Part shown: piece after piece, positions 36,701-49,142 of the stretch | How the letters are laid out: the number at the start of each line of letters is the position of its first letter | Position numbering within the stretch: position 1 is the stretch's first letter | Source of the DNA: Chiloscyllium plagiosum | Lineage: Eukaryota | Direction: 5' to 3' | DNA length: 64,000 nt | NCBI RefSeq assembly: GCF_004010195.1 | Contig: NC_057718.1 | Coordinates: 74,845,889-74,909,888 of the forward strand | Notes under the pieces: generated by a model | The model's database searches: none | What the model was told of the DNA's origin: nothing | The model's input: only the letters and a program-made list of their open reading frames with translations | Translations under genes and position numbers: made by a program

Positions 36701-37600
36701 ATACTTATACCAGTACATAACCCTTCAGTGGCACCACTTGTTCTGTGTATGTCCATAGAGTAATCTTGATAGGCTCCAATGGTAGTGCCTTAAACCCTTC
36801 CCTATATCTTGATTCAGGAACCAGAGACACCCATATCCATTACCCCTCTAATTTGAGAAGAAACAAGAAATGATCAGTTTCACCTTGTACTGATAGGATG
36901 TTTAGCCAAAACTCTGCTGACTCTGAACCTTCTGCTTCTCCCACAGACGTGGCTGGCACATGGTATAGTCCCTGGCTGGTGGCATGGACCTTATGCCTTG
37001 TCTGTTGAATTGTCTCCTTTACATGCCTTTCTTTTCTTTGATTGTACTCAGAAATTTCAGGCAATATAGTCCACTCACTTGCACCTCCAGCACTGGGCTT
37101 CTTGAGTCTAACATGTTGATTTATGTGGCTACTCTCACCACATCAGTGGTAATCTCCAGTTGGTACCACACTCTGCTGAGTTTCCGCTATTTTATGCACA
37201 TGGGCTTCATCCCTCAACCGTATTATTTCACTGGCGGTCAACTCCAGTGAGGTAGCAATTTTGAAAGTTGCCTTGAAATCTAGGCCTCCCCTTGTTGGAT
37301 GACTTTGAGTCAGAGGCCACAAACCAAATGGTTCTGCAAGGCACCTTGGAGGAACCATCTGAATTCACAATATTCTGATAACCTCTTTAAGGTGGCCACA
37401 AATTGGGGAATGTAACTTTTCATTAAAATGGAAATTTTCCACAATCATCAGTGATTTTGGTGCAAAATAACACCCCAGGGCTTCACATTGCTCTTGGTAT
37501 GTCTTCTCCAAGGGTTTTGCTGGTTGCACCAGACTCCTTTAGAACCATGAAGATCTTGTTCCCAAGGTACTCAAGAAAACTGGTACCATTACATATTCAC
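33633..37600 (-). mobile_element. Ty3/Gypsy LTR retrotransposon, decayed (gag-PR-RT-RH-IN-PPT-3'LTR); 5' end replaced by a PLE
   Basis: gag-like PAKPLEKTY..ALGCYFAPK; RT MRIYADFK...DQYPVP; RNase H ERPIAFAS...LYGRHFMLLTNH; integrase PLHLWEWPQSPWQQI...IDAHSKW...FARFGNP..VMSNNGP.F...PYH; PPT AAAGGGGGAGGG at 33794-33805. Confidence 0.9.
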
Positions 37601-37611
37601 TTTGTTTTTAA

Positions 37612-38100
37612 GCAGAGACTATTCCCTCATTAGGTCCACTCCCCCCACCAATCCACCCTCCACTCTCAGCACCTTCCCTTGCCAAAGTAACTGGTGTAAA
37701 ACATGTGCCCATACTTCCCCCCTCACTTCTGTCCAAGGCCCTAAAGGATCCTTCCCATCCAGCAGAGATTTTCCTACACATCCAAACACCTCATCTACTG
37801 TGTCCGTTGCTCTTGATGTGGTCTCCTCTACATTGGGGAGACAGGATGCCAACTCATGGAAAGTTTCAGAGAACATCTCTGGGAGACACACACTGAACAG
37901 CCTCACTACCCTGTGGCCAACCACTTCAATTCTGCCTCCCACTCCACCAAGGACATGCAAGTCCTGAACCGCCTCCACTGCCAAGTCCAAGCCACCCGAC
38001 ATCTGGAGGAAGAACGCCTCATCTTCCAACTTGAGATCCTCCAACCACATGCAAAGTCAATTTTACCAGTTTCCTCACCTCCCCCACTGCCCCCCAGTCT
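37612..38100 (+). mobile_element. PLE GIY-YIG endonuclease fragment
   Basis: CKTCAHT...CGLLYIGETG...FREHL...VANHFNSASH...LEEERLIFQL. Confidence 0.85.
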
Positions 38101-38216
38101 GTTATTCTGAATTTTTTTTTTTAAATTTGTTCCTTTGATCTGTAATCTTGGACTTTTAACATTTTTAAAAAAAAATATTTTCCCTCTAAGAATTAGTACT
38201 GAAGAGTCTATGCCTA

Positions 38217-38434
38217 GGTACCTTTGTACCCAAGATGGCACTGTAAGTGGCAACCTGTACTCATTTGAGCACATGACAATAACCCTAATTCTAATAATTT
38301 CCAGACAGTGCAATCCATATCCTAAGGTACCTTTGTACCCAAGATGGCAATGTAAATGGCAACCTGTACTCATTTGAGCACATGACAATAACCCTAATTC
38401 TAATAATTTTCAGACAGTGCAATCCATATCCTAA
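38217..38434 (+). repeat. 109-bp tandem duplication spanning a Rex/L2-like 3' tail and its flank
   Basis: 38217-38325 and 38326-38434 are nearly identical (GGTACCTTTGTACCCAAGATGGCA...CACATGACAATAACCCTAATTCTAAT...ATATCCTAA). Confidence 0.9.
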
Positions 38435-39647
38435 CTACTTGAGTGAAAAAAATTGTTTCGCACTTTGCATTTGCTTCTTTTGCAAATGACTTCAAATCTG
38501 GGCTCTCTGGTTCTTGATCTTTTCATGAATTTTAATAGTTTCTCTTTGTGCCGGTTGATCAATCAGGATCCATTGTTGAACTTCAAATCATTGATCAGAA
38601 GTCTCCCTGAAGGGCTCACCTTCTCCCAAACCACATACATATGGCAGGATCATCTGGCATGTGATCAAATGCAACACAAAGGAAGAAGAAGCTGTCAATC
38701 TGTAACTTCTGGCCTTTTTCTTGGAGACGCCATCAATGGATTCTTGAATGTATGAGTCTGCAGGCTGGAGGTTATAGGGTCTGGCTGATGATGAAGGAGA
38801 CCAAATTCTAATTAAACAAATGATGAAATTTTCCTCTCCCTTGAGTGGCAAGGGCACTAGTGAGAAAGTTCATCATAAACAGTGAAAGAAAAATCAGATT
38901 CTCAGAGTCAAGAAAGATTGTCTAATTTTCCTCTTTGATTTTAAATAGTGAGTTCAGAATCTTGCAAATGAGCATTGGATAACTTATTTCCATGCATTTT
39001 CTTCTCAAAATTAGCAAAATTGAACTCTTTCTGTACAGCTTCCAATTCTCTTCTCCTTTCCTGAAAACTTAGATGGTGCCAATTGCCAACATGAAAATCA
39101 GAGCAGTGCTTCATGCCAGAATTGCATCGCTTGCTTCTGCTGGACTTCAGACATCTCCACCTTTGCCACAATGACCCTGAATGCCTCATGTGCATAGTCC
39201 TTTTCACCTTTTGTTCATTCAAATGGGAATTGCCAAAGCACAAGCCTCACCTCAACAAAATGCCTGCTGTCAGACAATCTCACACAGCATTTTAGCCCCT
39301 TTGGGACTTCACTTTAGTTCTCAGGGACTTTTATGCCTCTGCTTGCAGACACATATATTCCTCTCATACACCTATACAGGATGCATCTGTAGCTCCTTGT
39401 TTGTTTTTTTAGTGCTCATTCGCTTTGCACTTATTTAGAGACTGGCAATATCTCAGTGTGGAATTTTCCATGGTGTCCTTAGTGCCATAATTAACCTAAA
39501 TTTTCTTTCCAGGCCAGTTCCCAATAACAAGCATTTCTCTTTTATTCTCTCCTATGTTTCAAAATATTAAAAACATATCAAAGTTCAATTCTTGACTTTA
39601 ATTCACAGTTCAAAACAAAAAATGAGAAGAAATAAAAGAAAAATTGA

Positions 39648-41580
39648 GGTCTAAGGTATGGTCATGGGTATCCGCATGGATCCCATTTATGCTTCTGTCT
39701 TTGTAGGGTACATGGAACATTCCTTGTTTCAGTCCTACTCCAATCCCCACCCACTACTCTTTCTCTGGTAAATCTATGATATCATCAGTGCTTCTTTCCA
39801 CTTTCATCCTGAATTGGAAAAGTTTAACAATTTGGCTCCGAATAAGGCTCTCACCTTATTCCAAGATGGCTTATTCCAAGATGATGGCAGAGTAGCAGCA
39901 CTGCATCTGAGCTCCTAACCTAGGGTTTGTCCACTTCTGTTTGCTTTCTGTGCTTCTTTTACTTTTGCTATTATATTTTACTCTTTTTTTCTTGTTTTAC
40001 CTCTTTCAAAACGCTTTCAACATCTTCAGCAGGGCAAGAGCAGGCATGGATCCCCAATCTGCCCCGAGCATGTGCAGCAGCAGTGATAAGAGTTGGCTCC
40101 TTGGGCCCCACAAGCCCAGTGCAGGGAGACCAAATCATTAGAGAGCTCACAGTGGCAATGGGTATGGGGCCAGCAGAGAGAGATGGCACCAGAGTGTGGT
40201 GACTTTTGTGTTGGTGGGTCCACCAGCTCAGGAATGGATGCTGTGGCAGTAGCACCTGCTTTCAAGAGGGCACACTGTGTAGTTGGTGGAGAAGGCGGCA
40301 TTTGTGGTCGGCACCAGAATCAGGATGGTGGGCTTCAGCTGTGGACATGTGACAGGTCCGAATTGGTAGTCCAATCAGATCGAGGGGAGTGGTGGTTGCA
40401 TTGACCTGGGGTGGTATTCTTGGAATGCAGTGGTAGTGATCGTGGACCTGGACTGAGATTCCTGGAATGGTCTGTGATGTGGGGGCAGTGGTGTACCTGG
40501 AGCATATTGTGAGACACCAATCTCCCCCTTCCCTCCCGCCCAACCCAGCCCCCACCCTGATGTTGTGCAGAGCACAAGAAGGAAAAACTCTGTTTTCAGT
40601 TATATTCTAACTATATCTTAATATCTTCTGTACCTCAAAATAGTGCCAGAGTGTGTCAACATATCACACTTTTCACTGCATTTATTTGTTAAATACAAGT
40701 GACAATAAATCATCCAATTCAATTTAACTTTCACCTGGTCCCTCTCTAACTCCTCCCTTCCTCTCCTCAATATCTCGGTTTCCATTTCTGGTGATAGGCT
40801 GGCCACCTTGACTACACATCCCAACACTCTGCTTACTGTAAAGACTCTATTCCATTTTCCAAGTTCCTCCATCTCTGTCACAACTTTGGTGCCAACTTTG
40901 ACAGGAGGCTTCCGAAATGTCCACTTGCTTCTTCAATCGAGGATTCCCCAGTACCATATGATCAAGGCCCTCAACTGAATTTAACCTATCTTCCGCACTT
41001 CGGCACTCACCCCTTCTCATCCCTCCCACAACAGTAATAGGGCACCTCTTGTCCTCAGCATCCACATCTAGAGGATCATTAGCTGTCACTTCCACTACCT
41101 TCAGCAGACACATGTTCCTGTCTCCTTCCTGGTCAGCCTTCCGTAGGGACCATTCCTTCTAGAATACCCTGGTCCACTCCTCCTTAATTCCAGAAAATCC
41201 CCACAATCTCACAACACCTTCCCTTACATCTGCAGAAGGTACAACAACTGTCCCTTTACTTCTTTCCTCCTCACTATCCAAGGCCTCAAACACATCTTTC
41301 TGATGAAGCAACTGTTTACCTGCATTTCACTCAATCTAGTCTCCTGTATTTGCTGCTCATAACATGGTATCCTTTATACTGGGGAAACGAAGCACAGACT
41401 GGGTGACCACTTTGCATAATACCACATTCTGTTTGCAGAAAAGACCCTGAGCCTGTCACTTCAACATACCACCCTGTTCCTTGGCCAGTCTGTCTGTCTC
41501 AGGATTTCTGCAGTATTTCAGTGCAGCTCAGGAACTCTTCAGCTTTCTGAACTTAAAACCAAGTTATACAATTTTAGGAT
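39648..41580 (+). mobile_element. Older PLE (RT to GIY-YIG), split by an insertion at 39857-40727
   Basis: GMVMGIRMDPIYASVFVGYMEHSLFQSY...; resumes FTWSLSNSSLP; later LYTGETKHRLGDHFA. Confidence 0.8.
39857..40727 (+). mobile_element. Non-coding (non-autonomous) retroelement with Rex-like 3' tail
   Basis: Starts with CCAAGATGGC motifs and ends CTTTTCACTG...CAAGTGACAATAAATCATCCAATTCAAT. Imperfect flanking repeat CTCTCACCT / CTTTCACCT (39848-39856, 40728-40736). The host PLE frame resumes after it. Confidence 0.6.
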
Positions 41581-41666
41581 TGGAGGCCATGTCTTAATCC
41601 CATCCCCCATTTACCAGGGTTGCTACCACACACAACCCATTGTTAACTACTAATTGTATTGCCATA

Positions 41667-41872
41667 GTCTTACCAGACCATAGTGCTTCTCTCTCTCAGA
41701 GAGAAGTGACTGGTGATGATTTAATCTGAGGACTACCAGACCTCAGGCAAGGGAAGAGGTTGAGAAGGATGGTCCTTCATGGTAACCTCAAACTGATGAT
41801 GGGAATTGAACCCATGCTGTTGGCATCAGACTACTCTGCAAACCAACCATCCAGCCAACTGATCTAAACCAA
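41667..41872 (-). mobile_element. tRNA-derived SINE, non-HE1 family
   Basis: Minus-strand head TAGATCAGTTGGCTGGATGG (A-box-like) and GGGTTCAATTCCC (B box). The body is unrelated to HE1. Confidence 0.65.
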
Positions 41873-41889
41873 TCCCAACTACAAATAGC

Positions 41890-42165
41890 CCCCATTAACA
41901 GCTAATCATTCCTCCAGACACCGATGTTTAAACACTCCCTTGTCCATCCAATTTTTTTTTGTCTCTTTGGACACCATCTCCATCTGTTTTTCACTCACCC
42001 CCCTCCCAACCCTTCTCCATCTTCTGTATACAAACCATCCTTTTCCTGGCTACCATCAGTTCTGAAGAAGGGTCACCGGACCCAAGACATTAACTCTGAG
42101 TTCTCTCGACAGATGCTGCCAGATCTGTTGAATTTTCAAGCAATTTCTGGTTTTGTTTTTGTTTT
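41890..42165 (+). mobile_element. PLE 3'UTR/pLTR of the older PLE
   Basis: CTGAAGAAGGGTC...GACCCAAGAC (degenerate hammerhead core) followed by ACAGATGCTGCCAGA.CTG.TGA. Confidence 0.6.
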
Positions 42166-43813
42166 CTGAAAGGCAAAATAGTCACGGTCTCAACAGTCAG
42201 AGCAGGTACCTGATGGATGCAACTCACCAACTGTTTGTCCAGGCTATTATGCAATTATTTATTCACAACTATGTCCCTACATGCTCCCTGGCCACCATCG
42301 TCCTTGAGCCTTATCTCTAGAAGTCAGCAGCAAATTACCAGTTCACCATATCAACATGCTTGCTCTTGGCCCAACTCACACACTGCCTAAGTCTTTCAAC
42401 ACTTCACCGTGGACTTCAGATGCACTAAGACTTGCAAGCTTCTGCCAGGTCATTTTGAGAAGAGGGACATAAGCATCTCATGCACCCACACTGGATATAC
42501 CTATGGCTCTTAGTTTGCTTTCTTCATACTCACTCACTTTCCACTTACTTAGAGTCTGTTAGTATCTGCCTACTGCACATTGCTTTCTCAGCACAGACTC
42601 ACTGACTTCAGCACTGGCTTAGAGGCTGTTTACAAACCATTCCATATGAATGGCAGGCTTGCTCCAGATGCCAACAGTTCACTTGGCAAGCACACTGCAT
42701 GTGTGAAAGTCAAAGGAAACAATTCCTTAGTTGGGTAAAGAGGTTTTCTAATCAGTTGGGGTTCCCACCTCACACATTGTGAGAATCATCCAATTCCAGT
42801 CCAGAGTGCTCCCCATGGCCAGTAGACATTTGGTCCTATCTGAGTCCAGGCAACTGTGCCCGTGCAGACAGGGGACTGGGCAATGGTCAAGTGCATGCAG
42901 TCCAGATATTCCTGGTAGGTCAATCTGAGCTGTGTTTGGACATCAGCCCAGGGGTGGGTAGGTCACGATTTGTTGGTTCCTTCTTGGCAAGACAGTCCAG
43001 CAGGTGGGCCACACTCAGTCCTGGGGCTATTGGTTAATAATGGCCTGGGGCTTGTCAAGAGGCAAACCCTGGAGTTTTGGGGAGAAATGAACAACTCAAA
43101 TCTGGGGGTAGTTTCCTTATGCTAGGTAGTTAAGGGAATGATGACAGCGATAGGGAGAAATTGGATACAGTAGCTGATATCTCATAGCAAATGGGATGGG
43201 GGGCTGTTTACTCAGGAAGGCTGGGGGAACATGGAATTCAAATAGGTATCAGTAACTCTCGTCTATATGTACAGAGGGGGTAGAGCCAACAAGGGCATGA
43301 ACATTTCCAAAGTCTTAGGTTCTGAGGTACAGGGACCATAGTTTTATTTATATAAAGGGGCCCAACTGAAATTAGCATTGGGGTGGGGGGGGTGTAGCTG
43401 AAAGACCATCAAGGCCACAGGAATAGCAACACAAAGGGAACACAAAGTATGTGGGTGATATGTGCTACAGGAGGAGCCTGCAAGTCACCCATACTGAAAC
43501 AAAGTTGGAATTTTGCCAGTCAGATCAAACTGCACAGTAACTTATACCACATTCAAAATATATGAAGTCATTTACTGTTTCTTCTTTTGGGAGTGGATAG
43601 TAATAATCTTGAAATCAGAGGCCCTGCTAGGGGCAATTGCAATAATCTGCTCCAACTGATTCAATAATACCATTCATCAGGCTTCAATTTGCACATCACA
43701 ATCAAGGGTTCAAGAAAGCAGTTATGGCCTCAAGCAATCATGACTATTTCATTGTGCAAACTAATTGCCTCCTTATGATATCAGCTAAGCAATTATAATG
43801 AGAACAAGGTACT

Positions 43814-43938
43814 TAACCACCTGATGAAGGAGCAGCTCTCTGAAAACTCGTGCTTCCAAATAAATCTGTTGGACTATAACCTGACGTTGTGTGATTTTTA
43901 ACTTTGTACACCCCAGTTCAAGACCGGTGTTTCCAAAT
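43814..43938 (+). mobile_element. Single-arm family-B PLE-derived insertion
   Basis: Flanked by CAAGGTACT (43805-43813, 43939-43947). CAC-CTGATGA core at 43818-43827. Diverged relative of the 9451 and 61835 elements. Confidence 0.8.
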
Positions 43939-44571
43939 CAAGGTACTGAAAAGCAGAGATGGAAATTCTTATTTCATAACCACATTCCGCAGCCAGCACT
44001 GGAAGGTGATGCCTCACAGCTGCCAGATTTGCAAACTGGAATATAAGAATGCAATAAAATTCTGTGTTATATGCAAGTGTTCTTTTTCGTTGTGCGACAC
44101 TATCATGGTGGCTTCCTGGCAGAATTCTACTCCCAGTGTACCATGAACATTTTGGTTATGTAATGAGCATTTGGTTAAGATCACATACCTCAGTCTTCCG
44201 CCATCATACCTGATTATGATCATCTTGGGAAGCCGCTATACCATACTGTGAGAAGCATAACATGAGGTTTCACTGTGATGGAAGTGAATGCTCAGGAATT
44301 TCTTCAATAAAAGCATGCTAACTTTCTAAAAGTCCTCACAGATTTTCTGCAGATGAGTTTCACATAGAGAATACTGTGGCTAGAGTCTTTGTGGCCTTGT
44401 CAATGTGCTGAAGACAATGTACAAGGAGATTACTGTTTCATCAGTGAGCACAACTATCACCAGTTACTGTTGAACAGCTTTCAGAGAGACAAAAAGCAGG
44501 TGAAAATCCGCTAACCAAATGATAAGTCTGCAGATCTATAAACCTCACTGTCATCTCTTCAACATTCCTTT

Positions 44572-46560
44572 TGTTTTTATTCATTCATGGGATGTGAGCA
44601 TTGCTGGCTGGCCAGCTTTATTGCCTGTCCCTAGTTGCCCTTGAAAAGAAGGTGGTGCGTTGCCTTCCTGAATCACTGAAGTCCACACGTGCTTTAGGTT
44701 CACCCACAATGCCACTGGGGAGGGAATTCCAGCATTTTGACCCAGCAACAGTGAAGGAACGGCAATATATGTATCCAAGTGAGGATGGTGAATTGATTGG
44801 AGGGGAACTTGCCAGTTGTGCTGTTTTCATACATCTGCTGCCCTTGACCTTCTAGATGAAAGTGATAATAGGTTTGGAAAGTGCTCTGTAAGGATCTTTG
44901 GTGAGTTTCTGCAGTGCATCCTGAAGATAGTAAACTGCTGCAACTGAGCGTCAATGGCAGAGGAAGTGGTTGCTTGTGTGTATGGTGCCAATAAAGTAAG
45001 CTGCTTTGTCCTGGATGATGTCAAGCTTCTTGAGTGTTGTTGGAGCTAAACTCATCCAGGCAATTGAGAAGTCTTTTTTCTCACACCGTTGACTTGTGCC
45101 TTGTAAATGGTGGGCACATTTTAAGAAGTCAAGATATGGTTACTCACTGCAGGATTCTACATCTTTCACTTGTTCTTAATGCTGCATTATTTATATAGTT
45201 AGTCCATTTTTGATATTGGTCAATGATAACCCTCAAAATGTTACATTCTGCAATAATAGGCATTCAGCAATGATAATGTCATTGAATATCAAAGGGTGAT
45301 AGTTAGCCTTTCTCTTGTTGGGACTTGGTCATTGCCTGGCATTTTTGTGGCACAAATGTTACCACTTCTCAGCCCAACCTAGATATCGGATATGGACTGC
45401 TTCGGTATCTGAGGAGTTGTGAATGTTACTGAACATTGCGCAATAATCAATGAACATCCTGATTTCTAACATTTTGATGAAGGGAAGATTATTGATGAAA
45501 TAGTTGAGCATGGGACATCACACTGAGGGACTAAGGACTCTTGCTACACAGTGGTAATGTATCTTCCTTTGAATCAGGAAGACTGGGTCCAAGTCCGATC
45601 TGTGCCAAAGGCATATTGTAGCATCATTGATAAGGTTGATTAGAAAATGTCTACCCTGAGGAGCTCCTGCAGAGATGTCCTGGAGCTGACTATCCCCAAC
45701 AACAACAATCTTTCTTTGTGTCAAGTATGACTTTAACCAGCAGAGAGTAATCCCTTTGATTCCCATTAACCCCAGTTTTGTTTGGGCTCCATGATGCCAT
45801 ACTTGATTAAAGGCAGTCACACTCTGGAATTCAGTTCTTTTGTACAAGCTTGAGTCAAGGCTATAATGAAGTCAGGAGCTGAGTAGTCCTGGCAGAACCC
45901 AAACTGGACATCAGTGATTAGGTTTTTACTGAGCAGGAGTTGCTTCATAACACTATTGACGACACCTTGCATCACTTTACTGATGTTCGAGAGTAGACTG
46001 ATGGGGCAGGTTGGCCAGGTTGGAGTTTTCCTGCTCTTTGTTTACTGGACCATACTTGGGCAATTTCTCGCATTGTCAAGTCAAAGCCGTTGCTGTAGCT
46101 ATACTGGAATAATTTGGTTAGGAGTCCGGCATGTTCTGGAACACAGTACTATTTCCAGAAATTTGATAGGGCCCATAATCACCCACATCACCTTCAGCTT
46201 TTTTTTAATATCACATGAAGTGAATTGATGGAATTCCTGTGTTGTATTTTCACCAGCTTGACATCTCTGATTTTAGATATATCTGGTTCTGATCTTGCTG
46301 TGCACTAGAGCTCTCTTCATTGAACCAAGGTTAATCTCCTGGTTTGGTGGTAATCGTAGAATGGGGGTTATGTGGGAAAATGAGGTTAGAAATTAAGGCT
46401 GAATACAATTCTGTTACTGTTGATGATCCACATGAAATCTTATGAAATTTCAATTTGGATTTGGTCTATTTGTTCAAAATTTATCCCATAGTGAAAGTAC
46501 TGCACAATATGGTTGAGAGTATCCTCAAAATGAAGGCAGAACTGTCCAAACGAAAGTGCA
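44572..46560 (-). mobile_element. L2/CR1-group LINE, 5'-truncated
   Basis: RT remnant AFNQVWHHG...WLKSYLTQRKIVVVG...SAGAPQG; CWNSLP; 3' tail ATGAATGAATAAA on minus. Confidence 0.8.
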
Positions 46561-46569
46561 GGCACTAAA

Positions 46570-47330
46570 TAAAGATATACTTTCTCGCCATCTCTGAGTG
46601 TTGTTGCCTGCTGGAGGAGAATTTGTGCTCCGATGGACTGGATGGTAATTCCATCCTGTCAAGGTCACAACTGCACTGATTGTTTGGTCTGGTGGCTCCT
46701 ATGAAGGAGCAAATTAGGGATGGTGTGGCGTCTTCCAATCTTTGACACGTAAATGCATCTAGATGCCATTTTCTCCAGAGCACAAATCTTCATATCCTTC
46801 CCCTTTGATGAGAAGATTTGAGCAGCTTGGGCGGTGGGATTATCCACCATTGCCAGCTTCCTCCAAATGCAGAGCACAATAGACTGCACCCACATTGCTT
46901 GGAGAGTACCCTATCAACAACCTGCAGAGTGTGCCACTCGAGAAAAGGCTTTCACTCCATGAATGTTTAAATCACATCTGACCATTGACACCAAATTCCT
47001 GAGGTATCTTGTGAGCTGCCATGACTCACTTATACTAGAGAATTCATACATTGTTATCTCCTTCCAAGGTCCCCCTGCCACACAGGTATGGCTGGGGAGA
47101 GAAAAAGGTACCTTATTGACCATAACTCACGACACTTATGGAACCTTCAGAATGACTTCACATTTCACCAGGACCATAGCAGAACAGATTATAGGCTTCC
47201 TTAAGAGGAGGTTTTGATACCTGTTGGAGCTTGCAGTATGGGGAACAAAGTATGTGCTGCATCATTGTGGCATGGTCTGTCTATTACAACTGGAACTGAT
47301 AAAATGGGTATGTCCTAGATGCAAATGAAA
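46570..47330 (+). pseudogene. PIF/Harbinger DDE transposase (HARBI1-like family), decayed
   Basis: Across frames: PVKVTTAL..SGGSY; IASFLQMQSTIDCTHIAWRVP; RKGFHSMNV; SCHDSLILENS; VWLGREKG; TRTIAEQIIGFLKRRF. Confidence 0.8.
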
Positions 47331-49142
47331 TGGGACAATGAAACAATTTTCTGAGAATGAAGATGGGACCCAGAATCAGGACATTGACCAGGAGAACCAT
47401 CCCAGATAGCATGACAGAGCAATGTATCATCAAACATGAAAGACCAGAGAACATCTAATTGAAACTTCTTAAATTGTTTAACATTTTGTTTTATTATGGT
47501 AAGTAGCCCATGATTCATGCAAAAGATACATGGACTTCATTATTTTTGCAGACTTTGACCTCTTCTGCTGCTGATTTATGTATCTTGTTATCAATATAGT
47601 ATTCTGTTTGATACCTCCATCTGATTCCACTTAAGGTTTCTCCACATAATGTACTATTGACCATTAGGGGAAAGCAACAGTGAGATAATGCACAAACATC
47701 GACTAAATGGGGCTACCTCTTAGGTAACTCTTATGACATCTGTCAGAATATCATATCAAAATGTTGTGTAGCAAAGTCTGTCATGATAATCAGGAGCCTG
47801 AGAAGAATCCTTTCAACACCTCCATTATTTATAACACTTTGATGTTTCACATATGTGTAGACTATTGATGTTTCCATATCGTTGAGGACAATTTGAGCCC
47901 GAAAGAGCAGGTAAGCAGCACTTTGTACAGTTGTTCTTGGTAGACTGTTGCATTATGTGGGAGAGTGAACATGTGGGAGAGTGAACACTTTAATTCGCAG
48001 TGAATTCCCCTTAGAAGCTGATCAACGGAACAAACCTTTTCCTGTAGAGATGTGTAGACCCATTACTGGTTTCATACTCTCACACATAAGGTGGGTGCAA
48101 ATGTAGAATAATGCAGATGGGTGAGGCCCTAGCACATTCTCTGCCTCAGTAGCTTCATTGTTGCGCATATAGTCATGTAAGGTGCGTGCTTTATATTAAT
48201 CTCATTTATTTTGGACCTTAGGTTTTGAACCCAGTGGCATGTGAGTTTCTGTCTTTGTATATGAAGGGGTTTAATAATTAACTCAACAGGCTTTCTGATC
48301 TATGACTTTAAACCAGTACATATCAGAAAGCAGTTAACTGAGATAATGTGAGTTTGTTTGTATTGTGAGAGTCTTGTGATCAGAGAGAGCAAGCACTGAA
48401 AGGGGATTTCAACTTATTAACATCAACTGGGATCATTTCAGTGTGAAAGGATCAGGCAGGGTGAAATTTTTAAAATGCATCCATGCATTTAAAATGCTCT
48501 TCGTGCCAGTATGTAGATAGTCCAACCAGAAATGGAGCAGTGCTAGATTTGATCTCTGTTGGTCAGTATGGACATGGTGGGCTGAAGGGCCTGTTCCTAT
48601 GCTGTTTGACATTATGATACATAATTCTCGAAATGGAAATCGGAATGGTGACCTCAGCTGGCTTCTGGATGTGAAGAACCTCCACGATCTCACCATGAAT
48701 TAGTATTTCCAGGTCTGATCTATGGGCACCAGCCTCAAGTTTGCATCATTCATGAACATTGAGACATGATACTTGCCAAACCCTCAGGATTCTTACGACT
48801 CGTCTTCTTCAAGACATTAACAGTATACTTAGAAGCACAGAACTATATCACATGACATACCAACGTTGAAGAGCTTGAGACAGCTGCATCCCCATAGTGT
48901 AACTGCATTCCTGCAGCCTTTGGGCTATGAGAGCCACTGTCTCCCATGTACCTGTGTGCTAATCCCTAGCCTCCTTATGCATGTGGGTAAAGTTCCTGAT
49001 TGCTGACACCATATGATCCTTTTCTGCCTTGGGCTTTATCAACATAATGTTTCCACTGAGCTATCAGTATGGTAGCTAGAAGGGAAGTGCAGGAGAAATA
49101 GGATGCTTCTGGCTGCGCAGGCTGTTTCTCTGCTGAGGTTAT

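Noticed and set aside
46570..47330. Host HARBI1 gene
   Set aside because: Multiple stops, frameshifts and deletions indicate a transposon fossil.
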